Positions 13,970-26,095 of a stretch of 64,000 nucleotides of DNA are shown in pieces (the stretch's first letter is position 1; each line of letters opens with the position of its first letter). A program made the translations under genes and the position numbers. The stretch spans positions 30,382,001 to 30,446,000 of the forward strand of contig NC_045696.1 of the NCBI RefSeq assembly GCF_009834535.1, read 5' to 3'. Source of the DNA: Camelus ferus. Taxonomy: Eukaryota. The notes under the pieces were generated by a model, which made no database searches, had not been told where the DNA came from, and worked only from the letters and a program-made list of their open reading frames with translations.

Positions 13970-14700
13970 GTCATTCAATCATTTGTTCCACAAATTAAAT
14001 AAACTTACTGAGCACCTGTTGCATGCCACGTAGTGAATAAAAATATATCATGGTCTCATGAAGCATGCGTTCTACTTTATAGGAGCAGTGAAGTAATAAA
14101 CACATACTATTTCAGATGGTAAGCATTAGGGAAAGTTGTCAATTGACACAAACAAGTTAAACATCCCGGAGCTTGAAAATAGTTTATTTTTCAGTCGTGT
14201 ACAAATAATACTGGTCAGTGGTAGACAGGGTGAGATGGGGTCTTTGCTGTCAACAATCGTTTAGTGTCCCAAGCTCTTTAACTGTGTGGCTCCACCATTC
14301 ACATAGGCTACTTGTTTGCCTGGTAGACATTAAAAAGAGCAGGCATCTTGAGAATGGTTCTTTGATTTGAGAAACCAAATATCCCTTCAGCTATATTTCA
14401 TTGACCAGAGCTCAATGATTCATTAAGTGCAAGAAAGACTGGGAAATATGATCTTCATACCCTTGGGAACAAAAAAATAGATATGGTGACCATCTCATAT
14501 TGTCTTATAAACATGGTGACAATTGCTGTAAAGAAAAATAAAGCCCATTAAAATGACAGAGAGTAATGGGACAAGTGTGTGGACGATATTTTAAGTACAG
14601 TCTTTAAGGAAGTTCTCAGTGGGGGAATTTTTGTGCAGAGATTTGAATTAGGAGAGTAAGTGAGCTACTCAGATAACTGGAGAAAGAGCAGTCTGAAATA
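13970..14700 (-). mobile_element. L2 LINE 3' fragments, interrupted by an old LTR-like piece (~14140-14500)
   Basis: cattcaatcattt...ttactgagcacctgttgcatgcca is a reversed L2 tail; tttgtgcagagatttgaat...gagtaagtgagct resembles L2 body. Confidence 0.55.
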
Positions 14701-14819
14701 ACTTCAACAGAGGGCAGCCAAGGGCTGTGTTACAGTAAGAATGCAATGGCCATACTTTGAAACAGGCAGTTTAAGTCCAAAAAAAGGGATAATTTTCAGA
14801 TCCCTTTCCAGGTTTGTAC

Positions 14820-15046
14820 CATGGGCTTGGTAAAATACTTCCATAAAGAACAGATCGTAAACATTTCAGTCTTTGTGGGCCACTTACACTGTCTGTCTTA
14901 CTTATTAATTTCTGTCATTGTAGTGTGAAAGCAGGTATAAACAGATATCAAAATGGAATTGGTGTGGCAGTGTTCCAATAAAATTTACTTGAGTAAAACA
15001 GGCAGAAGTCCAGATTGGGCTGGCAAGTGATAGTTTTTCTACTCCT
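14820..15046. mobile_element. MER58A hAT-Charlie MITE
   Basis: cagatcgtaaacatttcagtctttgtgggcca...tgtagtgtgaaagcag...gtgttccaataaaatttact...aaaacaggc matches the recalled consensus. Confidence 0.85.
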
Positions 15047-15849
15047 TCTCTATAGCAACATCTACAGGGTGCACTGAATTCTCTTTTTCTTTCATTATTC
15101 CTCACCATACTTTTCGAACAACCAAGAAATTATTTTATGTCCAACTCTCCTAACAAATGCATGGTTAAGATAATGCTACTTACCTAATAGCTTGACATGA
15201 ATAATCAGACTAAAATAGCAGATCACATCAATACTGCTTTAATATTTATGAAAAGAATATTTTCAAAAATATTTCACCATAGAACTTAGGGAAACAAGTT
15301 AATAGACTGAGTAAGAAGTGTTAAAAAGGTTAAAGAGTGAATTTTTTCCATGAATGTCTGCCTCTGCTGTAAATTTTTTAAATGTTAATGCCTTAGATTT
15401 TTGTTAATAAAATACTGTTATCTTTTCCTTTGAATATGATTAAATAAGTGACCAATTTTAAGCTTGACCGAGGGAGTCTTAAAGTCAACCTCCATTACGC
15501 TTAGTTCAAGGTGTCTCTTTTAGTTTCTTTTCTAAACTTAATTTGACCTCAGAGCTATGGAAATACTAATGCAGTAACTTTATGTTGAAAAGAGTGTAAC
15601 AGAAAAATGAACTTACTAAATTAATCCTTGATTACTGAACTGCTTATAGTCTGATGGAAAGGCACTGCAGTTTTAATTCTGTATTGCAGAAAAACATTGA
15701 ATATATACTTGCACTATGAGATGTATTTCCTTAACTGATAAAAGCTAAACACATTGACAATAACTTTGGAAGTTGGATAGTGTATAAACACAGTTCACAA
15801 AATTAAAGCATGGTCTTGGTTCAATATTATTTCATAAAAAATAATCACT

Positions 15850-15980
15850 TTTTAATTTTTTGGTGGGGAGGTAATTAGTTTTATTTATTTATATATATTT
15901 TTTGTGGAGGAACTGGAGATTGAACCCAAGACCTTGTGCATGTTAAGCAGTTACTCTATCACTAAGCTATATCCTTCCCC
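15850..15980 (-). mobile_element. tRNA-derived camelid-type SINE
   Basis: Reverse complement ggggaaggatatagcttagtgatagag (A box)...ggtcttgggttcaatctccagttcctcca (B box), then A-rich aaataaataaaactaattacctcccc tail. Confidence 0.8.
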
Positions 15981-16234
15981 ACATATAAAAAAAATTTTTT
16001 TACTTGCTTTTTAGTAAAATATGTATCATTCACAATGCTCACATCCATGAGCCAATAACAGCATAAAGAAACAACCAGTGCTCTATGTGTGTATATATAT
16101 TTGATCTATCAGTCTAGATTAGCCACTTCAACCACTAAAGCCATACCCTCAAAAATCAGAACAGTACATTTATCTTTTTTAATGGAGTTTATTTTTTAAA
16201 ATTACCTAACAATAGTATTAGTCAACCTAATTTT

Positions 16235-16555
16235 ATGTATACATGTATTTTATATATATATATATAAAATTATGTTATATAACTTACATATATACAGATA
16301 ACATATCTATCTATAGCTATCTACCTACCTATCTATTTATCTATCTTGTATATCTTATATATAAGTCCCAGACCTCCATCCTCTCGGTTGTTTCACTATA
16401 CTCTAGGGCATCTGGAAGATTGTGTAGGAACTTGCAGATTCTAAGAAACATTCTTTCGTCTCTTCTAGCACATTGTGTTTGTGTATGTGTATGTATATAC
16501 ACATATATACTATGTAGAAAGATAAGTAGATAGATATACTACATATATAACATAT
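16235..16555. repeat. Compound microsatellite region (TA)n, (TCTA)n, (TG)n
   Basis: tatatatatatatata, atctatctatagctatctacctacctatct, gtgtttgtgtatgtgtatg. Confidence 0.85.
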
Positions 16556-16684
16556 CTAAATGGTTTGATTCTTATTACAGTTAGGCAATGACAAAAAAAA
16601 CCCTAAAATCTATGTTTAAAAATATAAAAATGCTATTCTGTTCTAAGCAAAAGTTGTTGATTTTTTTAACCTCAAAACAAAAGT

Positions 16685-19112
16685 TTTATGGAAATATAGT
16701 CCGTTTGCAATGTTGTGTCAATTTCTAGTGTACAGCACAATACTTCAGTTATACATATACGTACATAGACTAGTTTTCATATTCTTTTTCATTATAGGTT
16801 GCTACAAGATGTTGAATATAATTCTCTGTGCTATACAGTATAAACTTGTTGTTTATCGAGCTTATGTATAGTACTTAGTATCTGCAAACTTTGAACTCCC
16901 AGTTTATCCCTTCCCACCCTCTTTACATTCTGGTAACTGTAAGTTTTTTCTCTATGTCTGTGAGTCTATTTCTGTTTTGCCAATAAGTTCATTTCTGTCT
17001 TTTTTTAGATTCCGCATATAAGCTATATCATATGGTGTTTTTCTTTCTCTTTCTCACTTACTTCACTCAGAATGATGATCTCCAGGTCCATCCATCTTGC
17101 TGCAAATGGCATTATTTTATTGTTTTTATGACAGTAGTATTCCATCCACACACACACATATACATACCACAGCTTCTTTATCCATTCATCTGTTGATGGC
17201 TACTTAGGTTGTTTCCATGTCTTGGCCATTGTAAATAGTGCTGCTGTGAACATTGGGGTGTAGGTGTCTTTTCAGGTTACAGCTTTCTCCAGATATATGC
17301 TCAGAGTGGGATTGCTGGATCATAGGGTAAGTCTATTTTTAGTTTTCTAAGAGCAGAGTGGGATTGCTGGATCATAGGGTAAGTCTATTTTTCGTTTTCT
17401 AAGAAACATCCATACTGTTCTTCACAGTAGCTGCAACAATTTACATTCCCACCAACAGTGTAGGAGAGTTCCCTTTTCTCCACACCCTTTCCAGCATTTA
17501 TTACTTGAGACTTTTGAATGATGGCCATTCTGACTGGTGTGAGGTGACACCTCACTGTAGTTTTGATTTACATTTCTCAAATAATTAGCAATGTCGAGCA
17601 TCCTTTCATGTGCCTGTTGGCCATCTAGGTACCTTCTTTGGAGAGATGTTTATTTAGGTCTTCTGCTTACTTTTTGATTGGGTTGCTTATTTTTGATATT
17701 AAGCTGTATGAGCTGTTTGTATATTTTTTAAATTAGTCCTTTGTCGGTTGCATCATTTGCAAATATTTTATTCCATTCTGTAGGTTTCCTTTTTGTTTTG
17801 TTGATGGTATCCTTAGCTGTGCAAAATCTTTCAAGATCAGTTAGATCCTATTTGTTTTTGCTTTTATTTCCATTACTCTAGGAGCTTGTTCAAAAAAAAA
17901 TATTGCTATAATTGATGTCAAAGCGTGTCCTGCCGATATTTTCCTCTAGGAGTTTTATAGTATCTGGTCTTACATTTAGGTTTTTAATCCATTTTGAATT
18001 TATTTTTGTATATGGTGTTAAAGAATGTTCTAATTTCATTCTTTTACAGGTAGCTGTCCAGTTTTTCCAGTACCACCTATTGAAGAGACTGTCTTTTCTT
18101 TATTGTATATTCTTGCCTCCTTTGTCATAGATTAATTGACTATAAGTGTGTGGGTTTATTTCTGGACCCTCTATCCTGTTCCATTGATCTATGTGTCTGT
18201 TTTTGTGCCAGTACCATACTGTTTTGATTACTGTAGCTTTGTAGTATGGTTTGAAGCCAGGTGTGTGATTCCCCCAGCTCCATTCTTCTTTCTCAAGATT
18301 CTTTTAGCCATTTGGGGTCTTTTGTGTTTCCATACAAATTTTAACTTTTTTTTTTTTTTGTTCTAGCTCTGTGAAAAATGTCATTGGTAATTTGATAGAG
18401 ATTGCATTGAATTTGTATGTTGCCTTGAGTAATATGGCCATTTAAGCAATATTGATTTTTGCAGTGCAAGAACATAGTATATCTTTCAATCTGTTTGTGT
18501 TGCCTTCAGTCTCTTTCATCAATGCTTTATAGTTTTCAGAGTATAGATCCTTTTCCTCTTTAGGTAGGTTTATTCCTAGTACTTCACTCTTTTTGATGCA
18601 ATGGTAAATGGGTTTGTTTCCTTAATTTCTTTTTTTGCTGTTTCAATTGTTAGTGTATAGAAATGCAACTTATTTCTCTATATTAATTTTGTATCCTGCA
18701 ACTTTACCAAATTCATTGATGAGCTCTAATAGTTTTCTGGTAGTCTTTTAGGATTTTCTATATATAGTATCATGTCATATGCAAACAGTGACAATTTTAT
18801 TTCTTCTTTTCCAATTTGGATTTCTTTTTTTCTTTGTCTTCTCTGATTGTATGGCTAGGACTTCCAAAACTATGTTGAATAAAAGACATAAGAGTGGGCA
18901 TCCTTGTCTTGTTTCTGATCTTAAAGGGAATGCTTTTAACTTTTCACCATTAAGTATGACGTTAGCTATGGGTTTGTCATATATGGCCTTTATTATGTTG
19001 AGGTATGTTCCCTCTATACCCACTTTCTGGAGAGTTTTTATTATAAATAGATGTTGAATTTTATCAAAAGCTTTTTCTGCATCTTTTAAGATGATCATAT
19101 GGTGTTTATATT
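16685..19112 (-). mobile_element. 5'-truncated L1 (ORF2 RT to C-terminus plus 3' UTR), inactive
   Basis: ORF 18775-19098(-) [11 protein letters not shown]...IKAIYDKP...[16 protein letters not shown] is the L1 ORF2 RT domain; continuous L1 sequence runs to the 3' UTR; frameshifts and stops present. Confidence 0.95.
17302..17404. repeat. Tandem duplication, period 52 bp, inside L1
   Basis: cagagtgggattgctggatcatagggtaagtctattttt(a/c)gttttctaaga occurs twice with one mismatch. Confidence 0.9.
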
Positions 19113-19942
19113 TCTGAAGTATTTATCCCATTTAAACTCTTGCTTGGGGTCAGATGGTCAAGATATTCATTCATCTAGCAATCTAAGGAGTGCCTATTGC
19201 TTAGCAGTACATTGTACTAGGCATAGGGATATACAGAGGAATAATACAAAATACTTTCACTCATGGAAATAAAAATCCACAAATATAATCCATCCTTCAT
19301 AAAATATTAAGAAAGAAGAGAGAACAAGGAAATTTTGTGTCAAGGACTTGAATTTTGTTTGGATGCAGACACTAACCAGTAGTGTGACATTCAGAGTTAT
19401 TTACCTGCTAGTTCAGATTCTTCACTCAAAGTATGGTAAATTATCCTAGAGATCATATATCTGGAAGATCCTTTCTATTTGTAAAGTTGTTTCACTTTAT
19501 CATTAAATGAAGGTTTACAAAGTTATCCCTGCTTAAGTAACAATCTTAACAAAGGTTGATTAGCTTGATTAAGACTGTATTTTGACACTAAATCAAACAT
19601 CTAGATTAATAATAAATAAGGGCTTTCCATTTTTCCAAGTCAAATTATCTTTGGACTGAGATTTAAAACATAAACAATGAACAAAAGTTAAATTTATATT
19701 TCATACTCTACCAGTGATTTTAAAAGGCTTAAAACAGTAGGTGAAGGAGAATTTCAAAGAGATATGCAAAGAGATCATTGGTACTGAATATTTTTACAAT
19801 TCTAACATGAAAATAAAATTGAAATACAAACAAATCCTTGCACAATAATTATAACTCCAATAATTTAAGTATATCATAATGTATTCCAAATTATCAGGAT
19901 AGGAAGAAGGGATTTAAAATTATTCCTAGGTCAGTTACTTAC

Positions 19943-20320
19943 CAGCCAAATTAATTTGGGCAGACCATAATTCCCTCATCAACTTAGGTTTTAACATATA
20001 ATCTTTTGGGTTCTTAGAATTAATGACTTGTGGTGTGACATATGTGGTCCGTTCAAAGACCTCGCATATTAACATCTCTGAATTCCCCTTGTTCTTGTCC
20101 GGGGGCAACCATTTTGTAATTGCTGTTGCTTGTAATTGCATAAACTGGAGTACTTTCACAAATGGATAAATACAAACCCTTATAGTTTCAGTCAGCAGAT
20201 AATTTAAGCACTATGTGAGGAAGTAACACGAACCCTGATTGTTGTCTAAATATATTCTGATGAAAATTTCTGACCTGACAAGTAAAGTATGATCTTCTAA
20301 AATTTGCGGGAGAATTACAG
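19943..20320 (-). pseudogene. Candidate decayed coding exon, 378 bp, phase 1-1, single in-frame TAG
   Basis: Acceptor tttttttcaag| and donor CTG|gtaagt; length is 126 codons; ORF-track entries 20211-20486 and 19935-20159 are one frame broken only by the TAG at 20211-20213; five CpGs retained. Confidence 0.55.
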
Positions 20321-21199
20321 CTTGAAAAAAAATTCCAGTTGATAATAATAAAAAAAAAATTGTTGAAATTCTGCATCTTGATGCATGGAGAATAACTTCT
20401 GAAGAAATATAAATTTGATGACTCTGAGTAGAAAAATGATTTGGAAGAATTAGATTCAAAAGATGTTTTAGGGATAGTTTATCCAATTTATTTGCAATAC
20501 TTCTTTATTAATAATATTTATATCTATGTCTAAATGTAGGTATATATAAATAAAATAGGTCTCTTGACAAATATTATAATTATTTATAATTACTTTCTTT
20601 TTTTAATAATTACTTTCTAAAAAAACATTATGTCATGCTTTAATTGGTAGAACATTTTTTTCTTTTTTAGTATTATGTATAATGATATATTTTGCAACTG
20701 ATAGCATCTTTGATTTCATTAAATACAGTTGAATTGTATTATAAATTGTCAATGAGTGGAAAGAGCCTAGGAATTGTTTCTATTACTAACAGTATTTTGC
20801 TTCAACATCATTCAGAAACAAAAATAATAAGCTATTTAATTTTAAATATGAAGATGAAACAGAGTATTGGAGCCAACAAGGTAGACTGGGAGTAGTTGAG
20901 TTTTATTATGTCTAAAAAATGTATATGATAAGAAAATAATTTATGGAAACAACATTTAAAAAGAAATTGACTGCATCACCAAGCAGGGAAGACATAGATG
21001 CAGTATTGATGGAAATTGTTAAATTTAATATCTCATAAATCTAAAAGCTATCTCATGTTTCATTGTTTACATTTATTTTTTAAATATGCAGAATAATGTT
21101 AGAATACCATAGGGAGATTGGAGAGATATATAACAAAAATGAAATACAGCCTCAACACTCTCATATAGAGAATTACTAACTTACAAAGGACATATTAAC

Positions 21200-21560
21200 A
21201 TTTGTCATGTACTACATTCTAGGTGCTGGAGTTTTAACGACAAACAAAACTGAGAATGCCATTATGAAGTGTATACTAAAAAGGATAAAAAAACAAATAA
21301 ACATAGGATATATATTAGAAGGTGGTATATGCTCTGGTCAAAAAGAAAGACGAGTAAGGGGAAAGAGAACTCTTTGGGGAGTTACTATTCTATAGAAGTT
21401 GGCCAGGAATGTCTCTAATAACGGGATGATTGAGCAGAGACCTGCAGTAAGATGTACAAGATACTTGAGTCTCTGATGCAAAAGTGTCACAGGAAGATGG
21501 AATATCATTTGCAATGATAGTTTGAAATAAGGAGATCTTTTGATATAAGGGAATAATTGA
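21200..21560 (-). mobile_element. L2 LINE fragment
   Basis: cattctaggtgctggag...gtggtatatgctctgg...ggccaggaatgtctct...tgattgagcagagacctgcag. Confidence 0.6.
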
Positions 21561-21574
21561 TAAATCATCTCAGG

Positions 21575-21965
21575 GGCTGGCATGGTCACCTATCCAGTAA
21601 TTTATTTAGATATAAAGACAGATGATATGAATCACTCACCAGTAACTGTAAATAAAGTGTCTTTTGCGTGCACATCAAGTTGAGGGTTGCCAGGAGGGGG
21701 AAACTCACACAGGAGTCTGAAGAACGAAAGGGGAGAGGAGTAGCTTCAGGCTTTGATTGTGGGGAGGGGATGGAACTGGGATGGGTACTCTCCAGTGTGC
21801 TAGAAGCTGTGCTGTCTGAAATTCCCTCCAGCCTGCAGGGGCAGAGGGCACCCAAGAGAGGCAGTGACTGGTCTTTCTTGTAAGTCACAAAGTGATGTAG
21901 TGGCAGCTGCATCAGAAGCAGAGAGGGAACCGGGGAGCCTACCTATGGTCGAACATCAAATATAG
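21575..21965. mobile_element. Probable old LTR fragment (GC-richer insert)
   Basis: Abrupt purine- and GC-rich segment next to the L2; family not recognised with certainty. Confidence 0.3.
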
Positions 21966-22364
21966 AGTTACCTTCTTTATTACAGGAAATCAATCAAATT
22001 TCAAAGAAAGTATGAAATACTTTATCAACGTAATATCTTAAAAAGTATTAAAACATGAAAAATGTGTATGTACTGCAGAGTAATGAATGAAAAACATTTG
22101 TTATATGAAAACATTCAAATAAAATGTCAGGAACACTAATAGTTTGAGTTAATGAAGAAAACTGATCAGTTTTTGCATGTTTCAAGCTTTTTTCCTTTTT
22201 TAGTAGGTCAAGACTGTCCACTTTTGTTTATTTCTTTCTCTTTATCACCTGATATACAAAGAGTAATCTCTAGCACCTCTCAATGAGAAATAATATGAAA
22301 AGCAAATGAATATGTGCATTTACAGATATGTAAAATTTTCATAAAATTTTACAGGTAGTTGGCA

Positions 22365-22589
22365 AAGAGGTTGTCAGACTAAGGCCTGTGGGCTAAATCC
22401 AATATGCCTCCTGTTTTTGTAAACAAACTTCTAATGAAACACAGACAGACCCATTTGTTGTGGTATTGCCCGTGGCTACTTTTGCATTACAGGCATGGAG
22501 TTGAATGCTTGTGACAAGGACCTTATGATGTGCAAAGCTTAAAGTATTTACTCTCTGGCTCTTTATAGAAAAAGTTTGCCTACTCCTGA
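22365..22589. mobile_element. MER58A MITE, opposite orientation to the 14820 copy
   Basis: ggcctgtgggctaaatcc...cctgtttttgtaaac...aaagtatttactctctggctctttatagaaaaagtttgcctactcctg. Confidence 0.85.
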
Positions 22590-23194
22590 TCTTGTTTTTA
22601 TTAATTTGATCTTTGCCATTAATTCATATAAATAAAATGGTGTATAAGTATAATCATCATGACACACAATATTAGAAAGCTCAAAACTTTTTAAAAGTTG
22701 TGAAAATAAATGTAGGAATTTCACATTAGATATTGAGGGTGTTCTGCTACTTAAACTTATAGTTTAAAAAAAATAAAAAATCAGAATCACATCACAATTG
22801 AAACCCATTTTTAAATCAATACATTAAATACTTCACAATATTTGGCAGACTTATACCATGTACAGATCTAGAAAAACTGAATAACCACTAATATCATCAA
22901 AAGAGTTCTGTTCTCCTATGAGCAAATGTTCATTAAAACCAATGTTTTTGATAGTCATAAATGTGAAGGCAGCTGTTCTTTCATTAATTTCTTACTTGTC
23001 TCAGTAAGCCTGCTGCTAACTGCCCATTAGAATGATGTACCTTGGGAAATCTGAGTCAAGAAAATAGTAAGCAGCATTGTATCATTTAAAATTAAACTGG
23101 AAAGATCTATATATCAGATAACATAGCTCCCTCCACATCAGAATTTTCATGTCAACTTTATTCTAATCCTTCATCACTATCAGTCTTCCCCATA

Positions 23195-23365
23195 AACTGT
23201 CTCCATCTTTCTCACTTTCTGTCTCCCTCTCTCCTTCCATCCTTCATTCTTCTCTCCTTCCCTCCTTCTCCCTGTCTTTATGTCTCCCTCTTCTCTTTCC
23301 TTCTCTCTCTTTCTACCTTTTCTTTCTCTTTCCCCACAGCATCTCTTTCTTCACCTTCTTTCCTA
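23195..23365. repeat. CT-rich low-complexity polypyrimidine tract
   Basis: ~170 bp almost entirely C/T. Confidence 0.9.
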
Positions 23366-23839
23366 ATCCTGGAAGTAATTAAACCAGTGCCTCAGGAGCC
23401 CCAGAGTTCTAGAAACAAAGGATAAGTCTGGAGCAATCCTTCTTCAGACAGTAGTTTTCACGGTGATGATTCTGAATATGAAATAAACTCTGATTGATCC
23501 CAAGCATATCTGGGATATTAAGATGTCCCATCCAAAAAAAAAAAAAACAAAAAAAAAACAAAAAATGATACAAAACACTTAAGTAAGAAAAGGGAAAATG
23601 ATTTTTACTAAAATATACCCACAGCCTGGCCACCTCTCTAATCCCATCTACGTCCAAATCACACACAGGAAATCATAACCTCAGCCATTAATTTCACTCT
23701 TATCCTAACTTCCTCCTTGATTCCATAATCGACACAGCCATAGCCTTTCACAATATTTAATTATATCACTTAATATTAATAGCTATATTCTAAGTTTTAA
23801 TTTGCAATTGTGTATTCATACTTTGATTTTATATTTGTG

Positions 23840-24333
23840 TGTTACTGACTCCAAACTTACTCTGCTCGCCACATGACAGGCCAATAAATCAGGAGATGAG
23901 GTTTTGGGAATGACTTTGTTCAGAAAGTCCTCAGAGCGAGAAGATTGGTAACCATGTTTCTCAAGTCAAAATTCAGGCTCCTTTTATGCTACAAAGGGGA
24001 AGGGGCATGGTTGGTTGTTGCAAACTTATTGGAGTTGTAATTCTTTGTTCTTGCAACTGTCCACGTAAGTCAGGTCATGATGTTCCTGTAAACCTCCAAT
24101 AAGACAAATGTTATTCTCTGTTCTGCAGCTTATCTCTATATAAATGGAAGAGTGTTGTAGCCATGAAGGGCAGAACCTTGAGAATGGGCTATCCTGTATA
24201 TTTCAGGCTACAGGCAACATTCTTTTACAAAAGGTGCAGGAAGCAGCATGACTAAGCACAGGAAACAGAGCGCAGGGTTAGAACTAAAAGAACAGATGTA
24301 ATACGGAGTCAGATTTGTTCTTCCCTATTAACA
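23840..24333 (-). mobile_element. Solo ERV1-type LTR (~494 bp)
   Basis: Terminal inverted TGTTA...TAACA; internal motifs recalled from artiodactyl ERV1 LTRs; no adjacent internal sequence; TSD not evident. Confidence 0.75.
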
Positions 24334-25889
24334 TAGGCAGTATATAAACCCCCTTAAGGCAGGTATTGTACCTCTTCTGCTCATTCCTTTATCCCTAGGA
24401 CCAAATTCAAACACCTAAATGATTTGTCTGTTTAATTAAAAAAATGCATTACAAGAATTCTTAATGGTATAAAAAGAATATTAAAACATTCCATGTGATT
24501 GACTGTTTGGTCCCTTATGTTAACATAAGAGATGCGAAAGCACAAATGGTGAAATCTGAAAAGGATGACTTCAGAGACACATACGTAGGGTGTGAGAGTG
24601 TGAGGTAGTTCATCAGAGTTGAATAAAAAGGTCACTGGAAAAGATGCCCTCTCTCTCTCCCCTTGTACATGGTTCAGGATCTGGGCAAGGATAATTCTTG
24701 TATCACTTTCTGGAAAATATTCAAATGTGATAAATTATCTCCCTATCCTTTACTTCAAATTGAGTATTGCTTAAGATCATAAATCTTGTTTTTGCTTTTT
24801 AAAGAAATATGAGCTTTTAATCTTCTAGTCTGTTATTCAGAAAAGCTTAAGTGAAGGCCACAGCAATCATCTGGGTAGTTCTTTTTAGGTAGTTTTTCAA
24901 ACTGGATCATTCAGGTCAAATACAAATGGTTTTCAATGGTGCAGGCTTTTTTTTTTTTTCTTTCTTCTTCCTCTATTTAATTTCCTCATCATTCCATTTC
25001 ACATTGCCTATGTAAATTAAGCTGTCGTGCTGTAAACCACGGTTCCCCCTTGTCTATCTCCTCAGTAACAGCTTCAAAGTACTAAAAAGCTAAAATAGCT
25101 ACAAAAGAACAATTAATTTGTGCAAAATCACAGAGGCACTGTAGGTATTAAAAACACTACAATAAGGCTTTTATCAGCAAGCTAAACTGCACAGCATTAA
25201 GCTCAAAACTAATAGGGCTGAACATGCAGCACATTGATGGGGATGATAAAGGAATCTTAAAGACATGCAGAGAACTGGGGTAACATGATTTAGAAGTGAT
25301 GCAGTTATTTCAAACAAACATCTACATAAATACATGTGAAAAATGCTGATCTGTTGGGAAAGGCAGGTTTAGACTGGTAAGGAAATTTACATCTATTTTT
25401 AGAGAAACTTACATTTTAATGGAAATTATCATTGAAGATTCTGATAATGCACCCTGAGGTTGCTTACTGTATCTTCTTGATTGGCAATTGGCTGACAGTC
25501 TGATATTTAAAACTTAAATCTCTCAACTGTAAAAACAAAAACAGAAACAAACAAACAAAAAAAACACCAAAAAACTGCCTAAACGGATAACATTAAAACA
25601 TAATCAGGAGTGCTACTGCCTCCTGTGTTGAAATAGCGATAGAAACAATTTCTTTAATCATCAATTGTTTATTTAATGGCTGCTCTTAGCCCAAATCGGT
25701 GTTGGGTGCTATGGGCTGGAAATGAAGTTAAGCTATTGCTGTAATTTCTAAGTAAACACATTAAATGCTTCCAGAACTAGATAGAGAAGAATGAATTTCT
25801 GATTGTGAAGGGAATACAGTGGATGCACTAGGACCTAGAGAAAGAGGGACGGTTTTGTATTATAGAAATTATGGGAATATATGCCTTTA

Positions 25890-26095
25890 TTTCCTTTGCA
25901 ACCAGATAAATCTAGATTTAAATTCCAAGCCCTCCACTAACATACTGTTGGCATTTTCTGCCAACTGTTCTTTCTCTTTGAGATTAAGTTTTCTCAACTG
26001 GAAAATGGGGAGAATAAAACAGAACTCACCTCGCTGTTGTAAAGAGGAAATTTAAAAAATGCTTTAATGTGTAGCACCTAGTACGCTATCAAAAA
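25890..26095 (+). mobile_element. MIR SINE
   Basis: tctagatttaaattccaagccctccactaac...agttttctcaactggaaaatgggga...ctcacctcgctgttgtaaagagg. Confidence 0.7.

Noticed and set aside
15905..15980. tRNA gene
   Set aside because: A and B boxes are present but followed by a SINE body and A-rich tail with degraded stems
16243..16533. 96 aa Tyr/Ile-rich ORF
   Set aside because: Translation of TA/TCTA/TG microsatellites
17912..19057. Hydrophobic plus-strand ORFs resembling membrane proteins
   Set aside because: Antisense translations of L1 ORF2
21586..21912. 108 aa ORF
   Set aside because: Lies in a GC-richer repeat-like insert with no recognisable motif or convincing splice context
14820..22589. 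Inverted MER58A pair as ends of a composite transposon
   Set aside because: Each is a complete, independently diverged MITE of a very common family
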